From contig CAZHDI010000005.1 of assembly GCA_964531285.1 (NCBI GenBank), forward strand, positions 1 to 55,445: a stretch of DNA of 55,445 nt. The letters are read 5' to 3'. The first letter of the stretch is position 1, and each line of letters opens with the position of its first letter. This document shows, piece after piece, positions 19,474 to 29,100 of the stretch. A model generated the notes under the pieces. That model was not told where the DNA came from and did no database searches. It saw only the letters and a program-made list of their open reading frames with translations. A program made the translations under genes and the position numbers. Source of the stretch: an uncultured Alphaproteobacteria bacterium (GTDB lineage: Bacteria; Pseudomonadota; Alphaproteobacteria; JAJFIK01).

Positions 19474-20304
19474 ATGGAACACCGTCCAACCAAAGGCCTG
19501 TCCCCCGGTGCGGATCCCTCGATGACCGACGGCGCCGACGTGCGGCTGTGGCTGATCACGATCGGCGGCACGGCCGTCGCCGGGGCCGGTGCGGGCGGGC
19601 TGTTCGGCATGCCATGGCCGGCCGCGGCGGTTCTCGCGTTTGCCGGTCTGATCCTGATCGGCGCCGGGGTGTGGACCGGGCGCACAGGGACCACGGTGCT
19701 GCTGTTGGAGGATGAGGTTCCGGACACCGAGCCTGCCGACGCCGGCGCGCATGACCCGGCCGGTCCGGCGCGCGCGGCTGTCGAGTCCCTGGGCGCGAAA
19801 ATCCTCATTGTCGAAGACAATCCGCTCAATCAGAAGATCACGGCGGCGATGCTGGCCAGCCAGGGCTATCGCTTCGAGATCGCCGAGAACGGCGCGGTGG
19901 CTCTCGACGAAGTGGAGACGGGCGCTTACGGCCTGGTGCTCATGGACATCCAGATGCCGGTCATGGACGGGCTGGAGGCCACGCGGCAGATCCGCGCCAT
20001 GCCGCCGCCTTTTGCGGACATGCCCATCGTCGCGGTGACCGCCAACACGCTGCGCGGGGATAAGGAAACCTATCTGGCGGCCGGGCTCAACGATGTGGTG
20101 ACCAAGCCGGTCGATCCGACGCTTCTGATCGGCATGGTGCGTGACTATTTCGGACCTTCCGAATTGATGATCAAAGCCATGGCGGACGCGCAAGCCGATG
20201 AGGCGGATGACCCCGCGCCCGGCGCGTGCGGCCAGACCGGGGAGGCGCCTCCCCTGGCCCAGCGCTCCCGGGCGGCCGGACAAACCTTTCTGCCGGACCG
20301 ATAG
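19474..20304 (+). CDS. membrane-anchored single-domain response regulator (2 TM + REC), no output domain
   Basis: In-frame ATG at 19474 of ORF 19261..20304. TM helices 'LWLITIGGTAVAGAGAGGLFG' and 'AAAVLAFAGLILIGAGVW'. REC motifs 'ILIVEDNPLNQ', 'LVLMDIQMPVMDG', 'VTKPV'. Confidence 0.75.
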   Translation: MEHRPTKGLSPGADPSMTDGADVRLWLITIGGTAVAGAGAGGLFGMPWPAAAVLAFAGLILIGAGVWTGRTGTTVLLLEDEVPDTEPADAGAHDPAGPARAAVESLGAKILIVEDNPLNQKITAAMLASQGYRFEIAENGAVALDEVETGAYGLVLMDIQMPVMDGLEATRQIRAMPPPFADMPIVAVTANTLRGDKETYLAAGLNDVVTKPVDPTLLIGMVRDYFGPSELMIKAMADAQADEADDPAPGACGQTGEAPPLAQRSRAAGQTFLPDR

Positions 20305-20368
20305 GCGCAGCCGGGCGCGGGCCGGTTCGCCGCGCTGACGCCGCGGCGGGATTGCGCTATGACGGAGC

Positions 20369-22876
20369 ATGCCAAAGCGCAGCGCCGCCGACCCGCCGAC
20401 ATCGCCCGCATCCGGTCTTCCCGCCCCGCTCGCCGGCTGGTTCGCTGCGCGCGGCTGGGAGCCGAGACCCCATCAGCTGGCCCTGCTCAACACCGTGTCG
20501 GGCGGGGCTTCGGCCCTGCTCATCGCGCCCACGGGCGGCGGCAAGACCCTGGCGGGGTTTCTGCCCAGTCTGTGCGATCTGGTCCGGAACCCGCCGAACC
20601 GGCGCCGCCTTCATACCCTCTATATTTCGCCGCTCAAGGCCCTGACCACGGATGTCGCGCGCAATGTCGAAACGCCCGTGCGCGAGGCGGGGCTCGATAT
20701 CCGGCTGGAGACCCGCACCGGCGACACACCGGCCCATAAGCGCCAGCGTCAGCGCAGCACGCCGCCGGACATGCTTCTGACGACCCCGGAGCAATTGGCG
20801 CTGCTGCTCGCCTATAAGGACAGTGCGGATTATTTCCAGGGCCTGCGCTTCGTCATCATCGACGAACTGCACGCGCTCGATAATACCAAGCGCGGCGAAC
20901 TGCTTTCTCTCGGTCTGGCGCGGCTCTCCCGCCTTGCGCCCAATCTGCGCCGGATCGGCCTGTCGGCCACTGTTCACGACCCGGACCGTCTGCGCCGCCA
21001 TCTGGTACCTCAGCCCGAAGGGGGCACCGCCCTGGCCGACCTGATCGAGGGCGAGGGCGGCGCGGTCCCGGATGTCACGGTTCTGGCCTCCGAGGCGCAT
21101 ATTCCGTGGTCGGGCCATTCGGCGCGCCATGCCATGGACGAAATCTACGCTGCCATCCAGGCCGCGACCATGACACTGGTGTTCGTCAACACCCGGTCCC
21201 AGGCGGAAGTGGTGTTCCAGTCGCTGTGGCGCATCAACGAGGCGAACCTGCCGATCGCACTCCATCACGGCTCGCTCGATGTCGAGCAGCGCCGCAAGGT
21301 CGAGACCGCCATGAGCGACGGGCGGCTGCGGGCGGTGGTGTGCACCTCGACCCTCGATCTGGGGATCGATTGGGGGGCGGTGGATCTGGTGATCAATGTC
21401 GGCGCGCCGAAGGGCGCAAGCCGCCTGCTGCAACGCATCGGACGGGCCAATCACCGGCTCGATGAACCCAGCCGCGCGCTGCTGGTGCCGGCGAACCGCT
21501 TCGAGGTGCTCGAATGCACCGCCGCGCGCGAAGCGGCCTTGGCCCATGTGCTCGACGGCGCGCCGGGGCGCCGGGGCGGGCTCGATGTCCTGGCCCAGCA
21601 TGTGCTCGGCATGGCCTGCGCCGAACCGTTCCGCCTCGATACTCTGTATGAGGAAGTCGTGTCGGCGGCGCCTTACGCCGATCTCGATTACGAGACGTTC
21701 GAACAGGTGGTCGATTTCGTCGCGACCGGCGGCTATGCCTTGCGCGCCTATGACCGGTTCCGCCGCATCACCCGGGACAGGGACGGCACCCTGCGCGTCG
21801 CCCATCCACGCATCGCCCAAGGGTATCGGATGAATGTCGGCACCATTGTCGAAGCGCCCATGCTGAAAGTCCGCCTGACCCGGGGTAGGGCGGGCAAGAC
21901 CGGCCGGCCCGTGGGCCGGGGCGGACGGGTGCTCGGTGAGGTCGAGGAATACATGATCGAACAGCTCACGCCGGGCGATACGTTCCTGTTCGCCGGCGAG
22001 GTTCTGCGCTTTGAAACACTACAGGAGACGGAAGTTCTGGTGACCCGCGCGGGCGGTGAGGATCCCATGGTGCCGACTTGGGTGGGCGGGAAATTTCCGC
22101 TGTCCACCTATCTGGCCGCGCGGGTGCGTGAGATGATTTTCAACCCAAAGCAATGGGACGCGCTGCCCGGGCCGGTGGGCGAATGGCTGGAGATCCAGCG
22201 CAAGCGCTCGATTCTGCCGCATCCCGATCAGATGCTTGTGGAGACCTTCCCGCGCGGCGCCAAGCATTATCTGGTCTGCTATCCCTTCGAAGGACGTCTG
22301 GCGCACCAAACCCTCGGCATGCTGATCACCCGGCGGCTGGAGCGGGCCGGATGCCAGCCGCTCGGCTTTGTGGCCAATGACTACGCGCTCGCCGTGTGGT
22401 CCCTGCGCGATGCCGGCGGTGAATCCATGGAGGCCCTTTTCGATCAGGACATGCTCGGGGACGACCTGGAAGCCTGGCTGGCCGAGTCGGCTCTTCTGAA
22501 GCGGACCTTCCGTCAGTGTGCGGTGATCGCGGGCATGATCGAACGGCGCCATCCGGGCAAGGAAAAGACCGGGCGCCAGATGACATTCTCCTCGGACCTC
22601 ATTTATGATGTGTTGCGCTCCCATGAGCCCGATCACATCCTGTTGAAGGCGGCCTGGGCGGATGCCTCGGCGGGCCTTTTGGACATCGGGCGGCTGGGCG
22701 ATCTTCTCACCCGCATTCAGGGGCGAATCGTGCATCAACCGCTGGAACGCGTCTCGCCGCTGGCGGTGCCGGTCATGTTGGAGATCGGCCGGGAGCCGGT
22801 CTATGGCGCCGCCGGGGACGCGCTCCTGGGCGAGGTTGCCGACGATCTGATCGAGGAGGCCATCCGTCTTGACTGA
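20369..22876 (+). CDS. lhr: ligase-associated DNA damage response DEXH-box helicase (Lhr-core type)
   Basis: ORF 835 aa. Walker A 'APTGGGKTLAG', 'IIDELH', motif VI 'QRIGRANH'. C-terminal Lhr winged-helix-like region. Followed by pdeM. Confidence 0.85.
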   Translation: MPKRSAADPPTSPASGLPAPLAGWFAARGWEPRPHQLALLNTVSGGASALLIAPTGGGKTLAGFLPSLCDLVRNPPNRRRLHTLYISPLKALTTDVARNVETPVREAGLDIRLETRTGDTPAHKRQRQRSTPPDMLLTTPEQLALLLAYKDSADYFQGLRFVIIDELHALDNTKRGELLSLGLARLSRLAPNLRRIGLSATVHDPDRLRRHLVPQPEGGTALADLIEGEGGAVPDVTVLASEAHIPWSGHSARHAMDEIYAAIQAATMTLVFVNTRSQAEVVFQSLWRINEANLPIALHHGSLDVEQRRKVETAMSDGRLRAVVCTSTLDLGIDWGAVDLVINVGAPKGASRLLQRIGRANHRLDEPSRALLVPANRFEVLECTAAREAALAHVLDGAPGRRGGLDVLAQHVLGMACAEPFRLDTLYEEVVSAAPYADLDYETFEQVVDFVATGGYALRAYDRFRRITRDRDGTLRVAHPRIAQGYRMNVGTIVEAPMLKVRLTRGRAGKTGRPVGRGGRVLGEVEEYMIEQLTPGDTFLFAGEVLRFETLQETEVLVTRAGGEDPMVPTWVGGKFPLSTYLAARVREMIFNPKQWDALPGPVGEWLEIQRKRSILPHPDQMLVETFPRGAKHYLVCYPFEGRLAHQTLGMLITRRLERAGCQPLGFVANDYALAVWSLRDAGGESMEALFDQDMLGDDLEAWLAESALLKRTFRQCAVIAGMIERRHPGKEKTGRQMTFSSDLIYDVLRSHEPDHILLKAAWADASAGLLDIGRLGDLLTRIQGRIVHQPLERVSPLAVPVMLEIGREPVYGAAGDALLGEVADDLIEEAIRLD

Positions 22877-23630
22877 CCCTGCCGCCAGCAGCGATCCGGT
22901 GCCCATGCGCCTGTGCGGCCAGATCGTGCTGGCTGACCCAACGGGCGCCCTGATGTGGCCGGAGGAGCGCCTGCTGGTCGTCTCCGACCTGCATCTGGAA
23001 AAAGGCTCCTGGTATGCCGCGCGCGGGGTGCATCTGCCGCCCTATGACAGCCGCACCACGCTGGGCCGCTTGAACCGCCTGATCGAGGCCCATCGGCCCG
23101 AACGGGTGATGGCGCTCGGCGATTCCTTCCATGACCGGGCCGCGGCCGAGCGCCTGTCAGGCCAGGACCGCGAGATGATCCGTGGGTTGACGGATGCCCA
23201 TGACTGGATCTGGATCGCCGGCAATCATGACCCGGAGCCGCCGGCGGATCTGGGCGGGCGGGCCGAACACACGGTTGAGATGGGCCCCTTCATCTTCCGG
23301 CATGAGCCCGCGGACGGTCCGGCGCCGGGCGAAGTGGCCGGCCACCTGCACCCCTGCGCGATCGTCCGGGTGCGCGGGCGGCGGCTGCGCCGGCGCTGTT
23401 TCGCCAGCGATACCACACGCCTCGTGATGCCGGCTTTCGGGGCGTATACGGGCGGGCTCGATGTGCTCAATGAGGCGTTCGCGCCGGTGTTTCCCGGGCC
23501 GTTTCATGCCTGGCTGATGGGCACGGGCCGTGTGTTTCCGGTCGCCCATGATCGTCTGGTTCCGGACGGTGCCTGGAGCGAGGGGGCCGCGCGTCCCGCG
23601 CGGCTGTCCCCGGCCAGCCGTTCCGCGTGA
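22869..23630 (+). CDS. pdeM: ligase-associated DNA damage response endonuclease PdeM (metallophosphoesterase)
   Basis: ORF 253 aa. TTG at 22869 overlaps the lhr stop. The ATG at 22905 (MRLCGQIVLADPTGALMWPEE) is an equally plausible start. Motifs 'VVSDLHLEKG', 'LGDSFHD', 'AGNHD', 'GHLHP'. Confidence 0.85.
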   Translation: MTDPAASSDPVPMRLCGQIVLADPTGALMWPEERLLVVSDLHLEKGSWYAARGVHLPPYDSRTTLGRLNRLIEAHRPERVMALGDSFHDRAAAERLSGQDREMIRGLTDAHDWIWIAGNHDPEPPADLGGRAEHTVEMGPFIFRHEPADGPAPGEVAGHLHPCAIVRVRGRRLRRRCFASDTTRLVMPAFGAYTGGLDVLNEAFAPVFPGPFHAWLMGTGRVFPVAHDRLVPDGAWSEGAARPARLSPASRSA

Positions 23631-23633
23631 GTC

Positions 23634-24119
23634 TCAGCCTGCCAGCAGGAGATTGACCAGCGCGGCGATCAAGGACAGTTCCACCAGGATCGTCAGGGGG
23701 GCGCGGAAGCCGATATACCATTGCGGCGCTTCACCGGCATGCGTGGCGATAAAGTCCGACCACAGCAAAATGCCGAAGGCGACGATGAGCAGCACAAGCT
23801 GGACGATCGGGCCGATGGCGAGGCCCGGCCAGATCGTCCCCAGAAATATCGTAATCCAGGAAATCCCGGCGGGGACCGCCGCGATCAGGAGTTGCAGAAA
23901 GGTTGGGCCGCCTTCAGCGCGCATGGCCAATCCCCAGCGCACGCCGCCGGTAAACGACAGCAGCACCACGCCGAAGCCGACCAGGAACTGGACCGTGACC
24001 GCGCGCAGGTCCGGCGCGATCATCCAGACGGCGGTCGCCGCGATGATGAAGGGCAATGCGCCCGCATAGCCGAGCGCCGCGGCAGCTTCGGGAATGCGGT
24101 GAGAATCCGGGCGGTCCAT
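23634..24119 (-). CDS. DUF3429 domain-containing membrane protein
   Basis: ORF 161 aa with four to five TM helices. N-terminal 'IPEAAAALGYAGALPFIIAA' and 'GGVRWGLA' are characteristic of DUF3429. Confidence 0.65.
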   Translation of the reverse strand: MDRPDSHRIPEAAAALGYAGALPFIIAATAVWMIAPDLRAVTVQFLVGFGVVLLSFTGGVRWGLAMRAEGGPTFLQLLIAAVPAGISWITIFLGTIWPGLAIGPIVQLVLLIVAFGILLWSDFIATHAGEAPQWYIGFRAPLTILVELSLIAALVNLLLAG

Positions 24120-24195
24120 TGGGTCATCCTTCCCCTTTATCCACGACAGCCAGCTTACACGCTGACGCGCCCCCGCGCACCAGGGCCATCCGGGT

Positions 24196-24240
24196 CAGGG
24201 GCGCCGGGCTCAGGGGCGCCGGGCTCAGGGGCGTCGGAAC
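24196..24240. repeat. 15-bp tandem repeat (about 2.7 copies) spanning the stop codon of the TIGR02186 gene
   Basis: CAGGGGCGCCGGGCT at 24196-24210 and 24211-24225, plus a degenerate CAGGGGCGTCGGAAC at 24226-24240. On the coding (minus) strand each unit carries an in-frame CCC TGA. Confidence 0.8.
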
Positions 24241-25067
24241 AGGGCCGACGCGCCGGCGCCGACCAGCATGGCAATGATGACCGCGAAAATGCCGTAGAAC
24301 AGCGGCGCCTCATGGGCGAAGCGGTGGATCTCATGCTCGATGCTGCTGCGCTCGACAAAGAGCGGGATCGTCTGAGCGTTGGCGATGGCCCCGTCCCGCA
24401 ACAGATAGACCTTGGCCGTGTAGTTGCCGACCGGCACCTGGGCCGGCAGATCGATCTCGGCCCGGAACAGGCGCCCGTCGCGGATCTTCACGCCCTCGGG
24501 GTCTTCGATGTAAAGGCCGTTGCGCACCTGGGCCCGGATCAGCGCGTCGGCAAAGGCGCGGATGCGCACCGCCGTGGGGGGCGGATCGGCGGGCAGGTCG
24601 GCATCCGGATCGTAGCCTTCGGACCGCTCGGCCCGGCGCGGCGTGAGTTTCACATGATCGACGCCGATATGGTTGCGGGCCAGCACCCGGCGTTCGGTCA
24701 TATCGCGCAAGGGGCGGCTGCTGGCGACATAGACGAAGCCGGGCGCGTCCTTGAACGTCACCGAGTCCTGGTTGATCCAGATCCCGCCGACGCGCTCTTT
24801 CTCGCGCACCGTGATCCGGTCTTCGGGCCCCTGAAGCACAATGACGATGTCGGGCAGGGACTGCGGTCCGTTGGTGCGCGGATCGCTGGCGGGGTCATCG
24901 GCCAGATCGACGAGACCGAAGGCATGGATCTGGGTGCCGGCAAAAGTCGAACTGATCGAGATCAGATAATCCGACAGATCGGCGACCAGAATGTTCGCGC
25001 GGGCGGTGCCCGGGGATCCCACGGCCAGAGCGAGGGCAAGGGCGATCAGGACGCCGGCCGCGCGCAT
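24225..25067 (-). CDS. TIGR02186 family (Alph_Pro_TM) protein
   Basis: ORF 280 aa. Signal peptide 'LIALALALAVGSPGTARA'. 'ADLSDYLISISSTFAGTQIHAFG'. C-terminal TM 'LFYGIFAVIIAMLVGAGASALF'. One-nt TGATG overlap with upstream TauE. Confidence 0.7.
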   Translation of the reverse strand: MRAAGVLIALALALAVGSPGTARANILVADLSDYLISISSTFAGTQIHAFGLVDLADDPASDPRTNGPQSLPDIVIVLQGPEDRITVREKERVGGIWINQDSVTFKDAPGFVYVASSRPLRDMTERRVLARNHIGVDHVKLTPRRAERSEGYDPDADLPADPPPTAVRIRAFADALIRAQVRNGLYIEDPEGVKIRDGRLFRAEIDLPAQVPVGNYTAKVYLLRDGAIANAQTIPLFVERSSIEHEIHRFAHEAPLFYGIFAVIIAMLVGAGASALFRRP

Positions 25068-25993
25068 CAGTGGCCCCCCTCGGAGAAGAGAGAGTAGGGG
25101 TCCGACGGCGGGATGACCAGATCGAGGCCGAGCTTCAAACAGACCGCGAGCACGATGCAGCCCAAAAGGGCGCGCAACTGCTCCCCGCGCAGACGATGGC
25201 CGATGCGCGCGCCGATCTGAACACCGATCACCCCGCCGATCAGCAGCAGCAGCGCCAGAATCACATCCACCGTCTGGTTGGTCACCGCATGGAGGATGGT
25301 CACCAGCGCCGTGACAAACAGGATCTGAAACAGCGAGGTGCCGACCACGACGCTGGTGGGCATGCGCAACAGATAAATCATGGCCGGGACCATGATGAAG
25401 CCGCCGCCGACGCCCATCATGGACGCCAGAATGCCGACCAGCAGACCGATGCTCAGGGGCAGGAGCGCGCTGATGTAAAGGCGCGAGCGTCGGAAGCGCA
25501 TCTTGAAGGGCAGCCGGTGCATCCAGTTATGGCGCCGGCCGCTTTCCAGCGCCGGGGTCTTGCCCTTGCGCCGCGCCTGGATCGACCCGAGCCCCTCGAT
25601 CAGCATCAGCGACCCGATGATCCCCAGAAAGACCACGTAGGACAAAGAGATGATGAGATCGACCTGGCCCGACTGGAGCAGCGCCTTGAACAGCAGCACG
25701 CCCAAGACCGAACCGACCGCGCCGCCCGCCAGCAACACCAGACCCATCTGCACATCGACGCCCTTGCGCCGCCAATGGGCATGGACCCCGCTCAAGGACG
25801 AAGCGACGATCTGATTGGCTTCGGTGGCGACGGCCACGGCCGGCGGGATGCCGTAAAAGATCAGCAGGGGCGTCATCAAAAATCCGCCGCCGACGCCGAA
25901 CATGCCTGAGAGCACACCCACACCGCCGCCCATCAAAAGGATCACGATCCAATTGACCGACATTTCCGCGATCGGGAGATAGATCTGGAACAT
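25067..25993 (-). CDS. sulfite exporter TauE/SafE family (DUF81) membrane protein
   Basis: ORF 308 aa with about 8 TM helices. Repeated 'GVGGGFLMTP' and 'GVGGGFIMVPA' motifs typical of TauE/SafE. Confidence 0.8.
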   Translation of the reverse strand: MFQIYLPIAEMSVNWIVILLMGGGVGVLSGMFGVGGGFLMTPLLIFYGIPPAVAVATEANQIVASSLSGVHAHWRRKGVDVQMGLVLLAGGAVGSVLGVLLFKALLQSGQVDLIISLSYVVFLGIIGSLMLIEGLGSIQARRKGKTPALESGRRHNWMHRLPFKMRFRRSRLYISALLPLSIGLLVGILASMMGVGGGFIMVPAMIYLLRMPTSVVVGTSLFQILFVTALVTILHAVTNQTVDVILALLLLIGGVIGVQIGARIGHRLRGEQLRALLGCIVLAVCLKLGLDLVIPPSDPYSLFSEGGH

Positions 25994-26118
25994 GGATGTC
26001 CACGCCGCCGCTTATCGGCGCCATCCATGCCGATTGAACAGCGCTCGCCATCGTCGCTTAGCACAGCCGGCAAGGCTTGCCTAGGAACGCCGGGACCGAC
26101 GCGGTCCGGATTTGATCG

Positions 26119-29100
26119 TCAGCCCGCGCTGGCCTGTGCCAGCCAGCTCATGAGTTGCGGGGAGACATCGCCCGTGACCGGTAGACCGTTGGCCTGCTCG
26201 AACGCGCGGATCGCGTTGCGAGTGTTCGGCCCGATCATGCCGTCGGGCGTGCCTGCCTCGAAGCCAAGCTCGTTCAGCAAAGTCTGTACACGAAGGATGT
26301 CCTGGCGCGACGGCTGGGTGTAGAACAGCCCATTGGCCTCGGGGTCCATCGGCGCCGGGCTCCAGCGGCTCGCCGCCGACAGGATCCGCTCGCTTTGCGG
26401 CCCGAGGTCGCCCGCCAACTCGTCGCGATACTCGAACGCGCCGTCATCGCCCTGGGCAGCGGAGATGGCGAACCAGCGCAAGGCGTTCGGCTTGCTGATT
26501 TCGACCCCGTCCCCACGCAGATAGAGAACCGCCAGATTGAACTGGGAATCCGTCACGCCCAGTTCCGCCGCGCGCTGGAACCAATGGGCGGCCTGGGTCA
26601 TGTCGGCATCGACACCCTGGCCGGATGCATACATCACCGCCAGATTGTGCATGGCGCGGCGATTGCCGGCCCGCGCCGCGGTCTCATAGTAGGAGACCGC
26701 CCGCGTGAGATCCGCGGGGACGCCGCGGCCCTGCTGGAACAAAAGACCCAGCCGGTAATGGGCCACCGCCAGACCCTGATTGGCCGCTTGATTGAGAAGC
26801 TCTGCGGCGCGCCGGTCATTGGCTTCGCCGGACCGGTTGCGTAGAAGATCGAGCGCATCGGCATAGAGCGACCGGGCGTCGCTGGCCGCTGCGGGCATCG
26901 GTCCATAGGTCCCGGCAGGCGCGGTGGGACGTGTGGGCGGTGCGCTCAGCACATCCGAGACCGACGGGATGTCAAAGCTTTGACCGGACCCGCTGGAGAC
27001 ACCGCCCGGCTGGCCGGATTCGAAGAGATCCGACAGGCCGCCGCTGGCCGGCGAGGGGGTATCGAACACGGACGGGCCCGGCTGTTGCGGAACGGGCTGT
27101 TGCGGAACGGGCGATCGCTGTGCGGGTGCCTGGCCGGCAGGGGCGGGCTCGAACGCCCGGTCCAGGGACAGCGTGCGCGACTGATCCGCCTGCGGATCGG
27201 CAAAGGCATCGGGGCCCGTTTGCGCATAGGTGTCGGGCAGGGCGCGGATCTCGCTGCCGCCGGACACCTCGCCCAAGAGCACATCGTCATCGGCGGGCGG
27301 CACGGCGGCCTCGCCCATTTCCGGCTCACTGGGGCCGGACGGCTGGAGCGCCAGAAACGCGCCGACCAGCACGGCGCCGGCCACGGCCGCCGACATGGCC
27401 ATGACGACGGCGCGGTTGGCCGGGATCGGCAGGTTCAGCCGGTTGCCGTCACGCTGGGCGTAGTTGCCATACCGCTCGGTTCCGAACGGATCGGCGCCAA
27501 TGCGCCCGGGATGCCGCGCCGAGCGCTGCTCCGGGCCGATCTCTTGAAACTCATCGCTCTCGGCGAAGCGCCAGGAGCCGCCGCCCAGACCCTGCGCGCG
27601 CGGCGGGACCTGCTCCAGCGTCTCATCCGCGTCGTGACGATCGTCAAAGCCGGTGTCATAGGCCGCCGGAGCCTGAGACGCGGGAGCCGGATGGAACCCC
27701 GAGGGAACGGCCTGCTGCGTGCCGTATCCATCGGGCCCGCCCGGTTCGCCATAGCTGCCTGTCTCGTGAGCGGGGTCCTGGTAGGCCGCATCCTGATAGG
27801 CCGCATCTTGATAGGCCGCATCTTGATAGGGTCGGGACGCCGGGTCCTCATAGGCCACATCTTGTGGGGCGCCGCCGTTATCATAGGCGCCGTGAGACAG
27901 CGGTGTCTCCTCCGCCATCGCATATCCGCCGGCGGCCTCCTGGCCTGGGGTCTGCTGGGCATACGGGTCGGCCATGTCGTCGGCGCGAACGTCGATCGAC
28001 CCGTCGATCGGTCCGGGGGGCGCCGTCTGGGCGAAAGCCGGCGCGGGCGCATGGGCCATCGCGGCCTGGGTTTCGGCAATCGCGGCGGTCTGAGCGGTCT
28101 GCTCGGTGACCACCCGTTCCAGATCGGTCAGACGATTGGACAGATCGCGGAACTCCCGGCGCAGATCGTCGAGTTGCCCGGTGTTCTGCTGCTCCAGACG
28201 CCCGAGTCGGTCTTCGATGGCCGCAAGCGCGCCGCCGGCCGCCAGAGCCGCGCTCGACGTGTCCGGCTGGATTTGCAGTTCCGAGAGCCGCTCTTCCAAC
28301 GAAGCGAGGGTCTGCTGGGTGCCGGCCAACTGGCCTTCAACGCCCTGGATCTGTCCCTCGACCGCCTGGATGGCGTCGGCGCTCCGCCCCTCGGCGGCTT
28401 CCAGGCGCAAGGTGAATTCATTCAGCACACGGTCGAGCGCGGTCTCCAGGGTCTTGCCGACCGAAACCTCGATCCGCTCCTCCAGGGACTCAAGCTGGCC
28501 GCGTTTGACGACATTCTCGGTCTTGGCCCGGACCGCGTCGAGCCCTTCGGCGATTTCGAAAACCCGCTCGGCCAGTTCTTCCGCCGCCGCTGAGTTGGAC
28601 GACCCCTGTTGCAGAGTGGCAAATTGCGAGGTCAGCCGCTCCATGGAGGTCTCGAGCGCGCCGACCGTCTCGGCGGTGGCGCCCTGACGGCGTTCGATAT
28701 GGGCCGTCAGCCGGCGGATCGACTGTTCCAGGCCCTGGAGCGCATCGAGATCCGCGCCGCGCGCATGGTCGGTTTGATTAAGCCGGGCAACGACCGTATC
28801 CACCCGCTGGGATAATTCGGCGAATGCGGCGGAGCGTTCGATCCCGGCGCCGGTGTCGCCTTGGGGCAGGCGCGCGGCCATCGCCGCGAGCATGTCGGTC
28901 ATACCGCTCAGGGCCCGCGTGCTGCGCTCTTCGGACCGGTCCAGCCGCCCGGTCAGGTCCTCGATCGCCGTGGTCAGCGGCGTCAGATCGACACCCGAAG
29001 ACGCCTCGGCGGCCTCGCCCTCATCGCCCGTTTCGGTTTCCACCGCCGCGGTATCCTTCGTCCGGCCCGCGGCCTTGGTCGAGCGGCTGCGGGACTTCCG

